Positions 30,902-39,200 of a stretch of DNA of 64,000 nt are shown one piece after another; position 1 is the first letter of the stretch; every line of letters starts with the position of its first letter. Under the pieces are notes generated by a model that searched no databases, was not told the DNA's origin, and saw only the letters and a list, made by a program, of their open reading frames with translations. The translations under genes and the position numbers were made by a program. Origin of the DNA: Candidatus Melainabacteria bacterium 17Bon1m (GTDB lineage Bacteria > Cyanobacteriota > Vampirovibrionia > Obscuribacterales > Obscuribacteraceae); contig JAVLKG010000003.1 of assembly GCA_032128875.1 (NCBI GenBank), positions 888,974 to 952,973 of the forward strand, read 5' to 3'.

Positions 30902-32341
30902 CTAACCTCTAGCTGCGGACAATGGAAGCGTTTTGACGAATCCAGTTGCGCTTTCCTGTGTGCCGAGCAGCTCGGTGAACGTGTCCACCCATACGTTTAG
31001 CGGATTTGCATGCAGGCGTGTGTTCATTCTGCGAACACAGGCAGCACGTTCTTCTTCCGGCATCATCAATGCGTGATGAACTGCCGCGCTCATTTCGATG
31101 GGCGACTTCGGATTGACCTTCACCGACCAAGCGCCGAGCTCGTCGAAAACCCCGGCGTGTGGCGACAGAGCCAGCGTTCCTGGTCGGCCTGATTGGCAAG
31201 CGACGAATTCTTTCGCGGTCAAGTTCAGACCGTCGCGCACTGGGTTTACGAGCATCACTGATGCGTCACGATAAAGAACGGCTAGTTCGGCCGGGCTAAG
31301 CGGGCCAGGGACATCGACGATGGGTTGCCAATCGTCGGTGCCATGCTGCGCATTTACCGAGTTAACAAGACTTCTAGTCTCCCAGTAATACTTCGCGAAT
31401 GCTTCGATGTTCATTCTCGACTTGCCGCAGATTTGAGCAAAAGTGATTTTGCCCTTCAATTCTGGATAAAAGTCGAAGAAGTGCGCAATTGATTTAAGCC
31501 GCGGGATAACACCCTTTGTGTAATCCGCTCGGTCGACGGACAAGATGTAATCCGTCTTCAGCACGCCCGACAAGGGATTTGCCATTTTGTCGGAAGTGGA
31601 CAAACTTTGCCAATAGGAGACATCAAGACCAAGTGGCGCAACCAGAACTTGAGTCTGAGAGCGGCTTTGGACAGGATAGGTCTCCACTTTGCCATCGAAA
31701 AACGGATGAACGTATGGAGAGAATGTCTTAACCGAGTCTCTGGCAATCGTCAAGCTATCAGGGAAAGCTTTGAATCCAGGGACATGCTCCTCGACGAATC
31801 TGAGAAAGTTTTCCGCATATTCGGTCGTATGAAAACCAACATACTGCGCCGAGAGCATCGATCTCGTGATATCGACAATAGGCTCTACAAACTCTTGTGG
31901 AACGGACTTCGGCCACGGAATATGCCAGAAAACGGCGGTCTCTGCATTGCACAGACGCTTCAGTTGGAGCGGCATTAAAGCCAACTGGTAGTCCTGTACA
32001 AAGAAGTTTGTTGCAGACGTGTAACGAGATATTTTTCGCGCGAAGATTCTATTGAATTTTTCATAGGCGTGTCTATGAGCGCCACTATAAGAGGCGTATT
32101 CAGACAAGTCGTGCATAATCGGCCAGAGAAATTCATTGCAATAACGGTAGTGCCCGTCAATGATTTCTTTGGCCATATCGCCGATTTTTTCTTCTTCGGA
32201 GCCGCCAAAGCGAGCACAGACCTCGTTTTCCCCGCCCATGAACCACCAACTACTATTTCCGTTGGCGCTTGCTTCCAACCGCGTCAAGCTGGGGGAAACC
32301 CCACCGCCCATCCCCGGGCCACGGTAAGATATAATGTGCAT
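30902..32341 (-). CDS. otsA: Trehalose-6-phosphate synthase (GT20)
   Basis: LWPIMH, VQDYQL, FWHIPWP, VGFHT, SVDRADYTKG, DGLNLTAKEFVA; AGGAG RBS before 32341. Confidence 0.92.
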   Translation of the reverse strand: MHIISYRGPGMGGGVSPSLTRLEASANGNSSWWFMGGENEVCARFGGSEEEKIGDMAKEIIDGHYRYCNEFLWPIMHDLSEYASYSGAHRHAYEKFNRIFARKISRYTSATNFFVQDYQLALMPLQLKRLCNAETAVFWHIPWPKSVPQEFVEPIVDITRSMLSAQYVGFHTTEYAENFLRFVEEHVPGFKAFPDSLTIARDSVKTFSPYVHPFFDGKVETYPVQSRSQTQVLVAPLGLDVSYWQSLSTSDKMANPLSGVLKTDYILSVDRADYTKGVIPRLKSIAHFFDFYPELKGKITFAQICGKSRMNIEAFAKYYWETRSLVNSVNAQHGTDDWQPIVDVPGPLSPAELAVLYRDASVMLVNPVRDGLNLTAKEFVACQSGRPGTLALSPHAGVFDELGAWSVKVNPKSPIEMSAAVHHALMMPEEERAACVRRMNTRLHANPLNVWVDTFTELLGTQESATGFVKTLPLSAARG

Positions 32342-32409
32342 TTGGCTCTCCTTGCTGTCGCATGGTTTGAAGTCCATGCATCAAATTTCCGGCACTAAAC
32401 TTCGGCTGG

Positions 32410-32437
32410 TTAGACCCAGAGATTTGCAAAGAGTTCC
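32410..32437 (-). promoter_or_regulatory. ECF-sigma-type promoter of otsA
   Basis: Minus strand reads GGAAC-N17-GTCTAA. Confidence 0.7.
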
Positions 32438-32489
32438 CGTATTTTTCGATTGTTGATCGTCGTGTCACCTACATCTCAGGATTAAATTA

Positions 32490-33314
32490 GTGACTGGAAA
32501 CCTTGGAAACGAAGCTGGAAAAGAAGGAGCGAAGGCTCCGATACTCGTCGTCGACGACAACAAAGTAAATCAAAAGGTTATGTGCGCCTTGCTCGATCGC
32601 TTGGCTCTGTCTTCGGAAATAGCCAATGATGGACAAGAAGCGATCGATATGTGCAGTCGCAACAAATACTCTGTCATATTGATGGATTGCCACATGCCTG
32701 TAATGGATGGGTTTGAGGCGACAAAGGTTATACGAAAGCTCGAGAGCGCTGCAGGGACCTACACACCGATTATTGCTGTAACAGCTATGGCTATGGCTGG
32801 CGATCGCGAGCGTTGTATCGCGGCTGGCATGGACGATTACATGTCTAAGCCGGTCGACAAGGAATTGCTCAAAATCAAATTGAATCACTGGCTGCGCGAA
32901 GATGTCGTCTACAGCAGCTTGAAGATGGCACGCAAATACTTCCGTATGGACAATACAAGCGATGCCACATGCATGGCTGATTTGCTTGAATTCTACGGCG
33001 AAGCGAAGATAGATGAAATTATTCGCGTGTATTTATTTGAAACAGAAGATCTTTTGCGTCGCATCGAAGTGTTCGTCAAAGAAAAACGAAGTGATGCTGT
33101 TGCAGGACTGGCGCACGAATTGAAGGCATCATCCGCATCTATTGGTGCAAAATCGATGGCGCGTTTAAGTTTATATATGGAACAGTCTGCAGGACAACAA
33201 GATTGGTCAGAGGCTGAAATCAGCCTGCAATCACTGAAGCGGCAGTTCGAGCAATTCAAGGAATTCCTGCTCTCTGCGACATGGCCTTCGATTTCAGAAT
33301 CAAAATCTTTGTAA
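32490..33314 (+). CDS. Stand-alone response regulator, REC plus Hpt domains
   Basis: LVVDDN, ILMDCHMPVMDG, AGMDDYMSKP; AHELKASSASIGA Hpt motif. Confidence 0.92.
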   Translation: MTGNLGNEAGKEGAKAPILVVDDNKVNQKVMCALLDRLALSSEIANDGQEAIDMCSRNKYSVILMDCHMPVMDGFEATKVIRKLESAAGTYTPIIAVTAMAMAGDRERCIAAGMDDYMSKPVDKELLKIKLNHWLREDVVYSSLKMARKYFRMDNTSDATCMADLLEFYGEAKIDEIIRVYLFETEDLLRRIEVFVKEKRSDAVAGLAHELKASSASIGAKSMARLSLYMEQSAGQQDWSEAEISLQSLKRQFEQFKEFLLSATWPSISESKSL

Positions 33315-33380
33315 AACCTAGGTACCGTGAGCTTTTTGGCTCGCTTAATGTTAAGTTGCCCGCGAAAGTTTGATGAATCG

Positions 33381-33406
33381 GGAACTTTGAGGCATTTTAC
33401 CGTCTG
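33381..33406 (+). promoter_or_regulatory. ECF-sigma-type promoter of the LRV-repeat gene
   Basis: GGAAC-N16-GTCTG, with -35 GGAACTT. Confidence 0.6.
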
Positions 33407-33513
33407 TGTCTTATAACAGCCTGATACGCATCAGGGGCAAGTTTGAGATGAAACCAGGCTGCGATCTTTAGACTTTCTGCCGATTTTTCGGTCCTAGAAA
33501 CGAGGTAACACTA

Positions 33514-34017
33514 GTGTTTAGCTACTTTAAGAAACTCATTAAAGTGCAGCGCTTTCAATCGAATAACAGCTCATTGCCTTACTTCACGCTCGCCAAACTT
33601 CGCCTGGCGGCGCATCCACAAGCCCGCTCGGAGGCTTTATCACGGTTGGCAAAGAGCAAAATAGAACAGGTGCTTGTAAGAGTCGCGGAAAATTCCAATA
33701 CTCCACAAGATACTCTGTGCGATTTGGCGCTTTCAGATTCTGCAGATGTAAGAGCTGCAGTGGCGGACAATCAAAACACCCCGGCACGCGCGCTTTTCTT
33801 GCTTGCAATGGATAAAGACTTAGATGTCCGGTACAGCATTGCGGAAAACCACAACGCACCTCCTGCGGTGCTTCAACTTCTCACACAAGATGAGAATCCG
33901 TATGTCGCTTGCAGGGCTTCATCGACGTTGAAGCGTGCATTGGACTATCCGAATATTTCAGGTTCGGACCGTCTATGGGGCGGTGAAGAGCGCTTCCGGC
34001 GTTCAGGAACAGGTTGA
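33514..34017 (+). CDS. Leucine-rich-variant (LRV)/HEAT-like repeat protein
   Basis: 24-aa repeats VRVAENSNTP / VRAAVADNQNTP / VRYSIAENHNAP. Confidence 0.82.
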   Translation: MFSYFKKLIKVQRFQSNNSSLPYFTLAKLRLAAHPQARSEALSRLAKSKIEQVLVRVAENSNTPQDTLCDLALSDSADVRAAVADNQNTPARALFLLAMDKDLDVRYSIAENHNAPPAVLQLLTQDENPYVACRASSTLKRALDYPNISGSDRLWGGEERFRRSGTG

Positions 34018-34050
34018 AAATTCTGTTAGCTACTTCAAATAAATTCGAAA

Positions 34051-34107
34051 GAGGAGCCCGCGAGGGCTCTTCTTCATTTAGAAAGGGGAGCTGAATCTCA
34101 GCTCCCC
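34051..34107. terminator. Pair of terminator-like hairpins between convergent genes
   Basis: GAGCCC-GCGA-GGGCTC(TTCTT) and GGGGAGCTGA-ATC-TCAGCTCCCC. Confidence 0.7.
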
Positions 34108-34140
34108 CGGCGGGTCAACTTCCTGGGCATCAGGAATGAT

Positions 34141-34809
34141 CTAGGCAGATTCTTTGAGGTAAGGTGCCAATTGGGCTTGAATCTTCACGCGGGCGCGAGA
34201 GATTCTTGATTTCACCGTTCCCAATTCGGTGTTGGTGATGACGGCGATTTCTTCATAGGACAAACCATCAACTTCGCGAAGAAGGACGGACTGTCTGAAC
34301 TGTTGTGGGATTTTTTCCAGAGCTTCGCCGAGCGCTTGAACCAATTCCATTCTTTGGAATGCTTTGTCTGGTTGAGTTGTCGTGTCGGCAATGGCGCGTT
34401 CTGCATTCTTTGTGCCATCTTCGCTTTCCACTGGTTCATCAAGCGAGATAACGTCTTGGTTGCGAACTTTTCGTCTCAGTTCGTCATAGTAGAGGTTGGT
34501 GACTATCTGTCCGAGCCAGGCTTTAAAAGCGGCTGGGCTTCTCAGTTGATCGATGGATTTCCACATCCTGATATATGCTTCTTGCACGATATCTTGCGTG
34601 TCCGTCCATTCGGGAGCGCGCTTGCGGATCATCGCAACAATGGTTGTTTTATGGCGCTTCAAAAGTTGGTCAATTGCACCTGCTCTGTGTTGCTGGCAGG
34701 CGACGATAAGTTCGGCGTCGGTCATATCGCTGAAATTCTTCTGCGATGCAACTACCGAAAGGTGATTGACTTTCTTCGCGCTTGGAAGGAATTTCACGGT
34801 ATTACTCAT
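34141..34809 (-). CDS. ECF sigma-70 factor, cyanobacterial SigG/RpoE-like
   Basis: DIVQEAYIRMW, FKAWLGQIVTNLYYDELRR (region 2); LREVDGLSYEEIA...GTVKSRISRAR (region 4). Confidence 0.93.
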   Translation of the reverse strand: MSNTVKFLPSAKKVNHLSVVASQKNFSDMTDAELIVACQQHRAGAIDQLLKRHKTTIVAMIRKRAPEWTDTQDIVQEAYIRMWKSIDQLRSPAAFKAWLGQIVTNLYYDELRRKVRNQDVISLDEPVESEDGTKNAERAIADTTTQPDKAFQRMELVQALGEALEKIPQQFRQSVLLREVDGLSYEEIAVITNTELGTVKSRISRARVKIQAQLAPYLKESA

Positions 34810-34940
34810 TTTTTTCTCTCCACGTCTTAGGACGGTAAATAGCAGCAAAATACCCGCTCCGACGGCATGTGTGCCGTTGGTCGGTTTTTAAAGGTGGGAG
34901 GCGTTTCGTATTCGCCTTACCCTTTCATTCTGCCACCGCC

Positions 34941-34966
34941 GACGGGGACTCACAATTATGGTTTCC
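34941..34966 (-). promoter_or_regulatory. Possible autoregulatory ECF promoter of the sigma gene
   Basis: Minus strand reads GGAAAC-N17-GTC. Confidence 0.4.
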
Positions 34967-35175
34967 TGCAGTGAAAAGAGGTTTGATATCGCTTGTCTGA
35001 TGCTAGAAAACCAGGTAAGGTTCGCCGTTTTATAGATTGTTACGCTCATTTTCGGGAAGCGATATAGGGTTTACTGGTAGTGCTCTTTGTTGAACATGCA
35101 ATTGTGTAAGATCATGCCTCACTTTTTATTGGAAAGAGCGAAACGCTGATGAAAGGCTGCTTTAACAGAAATGAC

Positions 35176-35200
35176 AAAAAAGGCGGAGAGATCCGCCTTC
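35176..35200 (-). terminator. Intrinsic terminator
   Basis: Minus strand AAGGCGGA-TCTC-TCCGCCTTTTTT. Confidence 0.8.
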
Positions 35201-35487
35201 TCTGTTTTGTCTCACGTTCCGTTCGGCATAACCCTGCGAGAAGCTAGGCCGATTCTCTGAAAAACTTTTGATTACTTCTAATTTTGCCATTGGCATATGG
35301 AAGCAACAACAATGGTTTGCCCTAGTGAAGTGTCTCTTGATTTCCCGTGTTGCAAAATCTCTTATCCGTCAGAATGCAAGTGTTTTCTGTCGATGTTACG
35401 TAAGATTTCGGGCTGCTGTATCGGGTTTTCCCGTAGGAATGGGCCCTGTACTAGAGTCTGATTTTACTGTGAAGTCTGCCACCAATT

Positions 35488-36213
35488 TCAGCGTGTTCGC
35501 AAGCGAGATTTACTTTGAGATCTATATAGATCCCTGGAGATAAATGTATCGTGCCCATCATCACTGCGGAAAACCTCGACAAGCAACTCACCCGGAGAGC
35601 CCGTTTGCTCAAGCCGTTTCAGTTGAGCCTTTTCACAACTCTGGGCCATTTTCTGCGACCCAAGAAATTCGACTTTCAATTGTGACGCATTAGTGAGAGC
35701 CCTTATCTGAATGGGCGTGTCCGTCGTGTTCTCAAACTTAAGGTCTGCTCTGCCATACCAGACCGTTGCATCGAAGCCTGGTGGCACCGTCTGCATGGTG
35801 CGCAAATGAGGGACTCTCTCCACGATCTTTAATCCCGCGGTAAGTGCAGATTGATATAGGCACGACGATAAAAGACAAATGCCACCACCCAGAGTATTAG
35901 GCGTTTCCCCACCTAAATAAGATGGAGCCGGCTGGTAACCTTGTTTTCCGGTACGTGGGCCAACTTTACCGTTGAAGGAGAAAGTTTCTCCCGGTTTCAC
36001 AATCGCACCATCAAGCCTCTGTGCTGCTTGATACAAGTTGTTCTTTTGCTCGTATGAAAGCGCCCGCAAACTTACGACGCGTGAAACTATTACTTTTGAA
36101 AATGGGTATACAGCGAAATTTGTCGCTACCAATGTGCCCGTCAACAGAATCAAGAAGATGATTTTGAAATCCAGTAGAGTGGACACTGCATTTTTCACGG
36201 TTGAGAGTTTCAT
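35488..36213 (-). CDS. Membrane-anchored VanW-domain protein
   Basis: LDGAIVKPGETFSFN..VGPRT..GY, GGGICLLSSCLY, ERVPH, GFDATV, DLKFEN. Confidence 0.9.
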   Translation of the reverse strand: MKLSTVKNAVSTLLDFKIIFLILLTGTLVATNFAVYPFSKVIVSRVVSLRALSYEQKNNLYQAAQRLDGAIVKPGETFSFNGKVGPRTGKQGYQPAPSYLGGETPNTLGGGICLLSSCLYQSALTAGLKIVERVPHLRTMQTVPPGFDATVWYGRADLKFENTTDTPIQIRALTNASQLKVEFLGSQKMAQSCEKAQLKRLEQTGSPGELLVEVFRSDDGHDTFISRDLYRSQSKSRLRTR

Positions 36214-36217
36214 ATTC

Positions 36218-39200
36218 CTACTCGGTTATCTTGAGCACATCAAGCATGGAATACCCGCGGACACTCTTGGTGTACATTCCTTCGAATGTGACCGGGTTCA
36301 ACTGCACGTCACCAGGCAATTCCATGCGCAACAGCGTGTGGAATTCTGATTTGCCTGCCGGCATTTCTGTGCCGAAGAATACGATCCGGTCATCGAGTAC
36401 ATCCTGGTGAGTCCACCATGGTTGCCCCCAGTCCCCTTCAATAACGGTGCCACCACTTTCGCCGTCCATCTCTTCCGATTTGTGATTTTCGACAACTTCG
36501 GCACCTGAAGGCAGAGGCGACTCGACGATGATGTATGGCACATGTACCGGTGTTTCTATGTAAACCTTCATAAGCACAGTCTCGCCGGACTTAATCTGTC
36601 CGCCTGCAATTGGTACCGTGCGGAATCGAAGAGTTCCGGTGCTAGCTTCTTTTACTGTTTGTAAGCGGAAGAATTTGCGTGTAACTTTCAGCCCTTTTGG
36701 AAGTGCTTCAGCCTCTATATTTTCGCCCGGTAAGAGCTTTCTGAAATAGGTTTGCAAAAGTGTGTAATAGAGCTTTCCTGCTCCCTCTTTTTTGAGCGTT
36801 ATGGTGTCTTTGAGATCGGCAGGCAATGAGACTTTGCTTTCCGCTGCGTACCGACTCTTAGGGTCAAACTTCAGTTGCGCGAACACACTGTCTTTCATCA
36901 GAGCATCCAGTGAGAAGTTTGTCTCTTTGCTGCTGCGATTGAGAATGTCATCTTTGAGAAGCACTAAGAAAACCTCAGCTGTGGTTTTTGTGTTGTCCCA
37001 ACCAGATTTGCCTCTCTGCATCATGAGCCAGCGCTTGATTGCTTCAACCTTTTGCTCATTTTTTGGTTCCATCGTCAGCACCGCGCGCAGTGCCAGAGCT
37101 GTCGACTCCACCCCTGTGAAACGGTATGAGTACTCAAGCATGTGCGGTTTAAAGGTCGGACCCATCAGCTTTTGGGCGAGCTGCAGTGTATGGTCCCAAT
37201 CGATGGTCTCACCACTTTCATTGGCAAGCTCAAGCAATCTTTGATAAAACACATTCGCTTGTTTGTCTTGCTTCGCATTTTTGAGCGTTATCGTCAGATA
37301 CGTGAGCGCTTCAGGTGTTAATGAGTTGACCTCTTTCTCGAAGCTCGCGCAGATTTTCGCATCTGGTTTTTGCCCAGTCAGGCTGAGAGCGTAGAGAGCT
37401 CTTGCCAGATCGATGCGTTTTTCTCTGTAGTCATAGGCTTCGATCTTGATTTTGGGATCGTGCAATTGTTTGTTCAATTCGACGACGTTCTTGCTCAACC
37501 ATTGGCGACCCGTATCAATCATCTCGCGCGGGACGCTGTAGTCGCAATCCTTGAGCATGAGCAAGCCTTCGACCACATACGATGTCAGATACATGTTGCT
37601 CTCGTCGTCGACCCACCATCCCCAACCTCCATCGCTGTGGTGGTGGTCGGTGAGCTTCTTCATTCCCATTTTGAAAATCTCGTCAAATTTCTTTTTCTGT
37701 GCCGCAGTTACCGGCATGTCGAGGTTTTTCTGCAATTGGAAGGCGACGATTGAAGGCACGAGCCGGCTTAGGGTTTGCTCTGTGCACCCGTATGGATAGT
37801 CGATCAAGGAATCGAAGCTGCCGATTACAGGGCCCATCGAAGAGCTTGCCACAGTTAAATTGACTTTGCCTCTGTCTGCTCCTTTCACCGGAGGTTGTAT
37901 CCGCAAATCAACTTGCTGCGAATCTTGAGTCAATACGCCTGTCTTCGCGACAAATGCCGGCACTCCAAGTGGACGTACAGGCAATTTCACTTCCATCGCG
38001 TCTGCGCGTGTGTCGCCTATTGCTTTGACACTAATCGCCACTTGCCCAGCGGACAAAACGTTGACCGGCCAAATATGGCGATACGCCTTTTCCGGCGCGA
38101 CCTTGAATGTCGCAGTGAGCGGCGCATCTGTACTCAGTTGTCGCGTCATGTTGACTGACAATTTGATGTTCTGCTCTTTTTCAGAATAGTTGTGCACGAT
38201 GCATGTGACCTGACTGTGATCTCCTTCGCTGAAGAATCTAGGCAGTGCCAAACGGACGAGCACGTCTTGAGTCGAGAGAACCTTATTGATGCATGAGCCG
38301 ACTTCGGTCGTCATCGAAACTCCACGTACGGTCGCGCGCCAAGTCGTGAGATTGTCCGGCAGCTTGACTTTCGCTGTAGCGATGCCGTCTTTGTCGGTAA
38401 TCAATTCAGGTGCCCAGAAGGCTGTGTCCTTGAAGTCTTTTCTCACGCGCGGCTCGATTTTGTCAGGACCTCCTGAGTAAGTTTCCGGGAACGAGCACAT
38501 CACCTGCACGAGATTCTCTCGCCTGGCGTAAAAGAATTTGCGAATGTCTTGCGCAAGCTCTGCTCTAATTGAATAGATGCTTTCGTCCACGACACCAAGT
38601 GAAAGCTCAGTGTTGGCGGCGGGAGTATGATCTGCTTTCTCTGCCTTAATTGTATATGTCACCGTTTCGCCTGGTTGATAACGAGGTTTGTCGGTTGCAA
38701 CTTGCACCGTCAAGAAATTGTTCGCCGGCGAAACTTTGATCATCTTGTTCTGCGTGTAGAACTGATGTTTTTTAGTTACGAGTACTGCGTTGACGTACAC
38801 ATTGGGTGCGTACTTTTCCTCAATCGGAATTTCAATCAACTGCGCTGTCGATGAAAGCGGTACTACATGCCGTTTATAGATGGTTGTCCCTTCAACGGTT
38901 ATTACCGCCTGTGCGCCTTCGCTTCCGGTGACAGGTCCGCTAAACATCAAGCGAGCCGTGTCTCCTGGTTTGTAAATTGCTTTATCGAAGCGCAGTGAGA
39001 CTGGTTCGCTCTGCGCGTTGTTGCCGCTTAAAATGTAAGGATAGTCAGGGCTGGCGATCCATATGCTTGACTGGTCACCGACGAGGTTGCCCGCACCATC
39101 CGAGGCACGTGCGGAAATGTAGTAGGTGTCCGTAGCGTACTGGTCTTTAACCGGGAATATGACTTTGCCTTTTCCTTGAGCATCAGTCACAACTTTCGCT

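Noticed and set aside
32800-32807. HIP1 (GCGATCGC) enrichment as a cyanobacterial signature
   Set aside because: Only an isolated occurrence noticed; no visible over-representation
35268-35543. 91-aa ORF as anti-sigma factor
   Set aside because: Wrong strand and position relative to the sigma, TTG start without RBS, overlaps the VanW end, no ZAS motif
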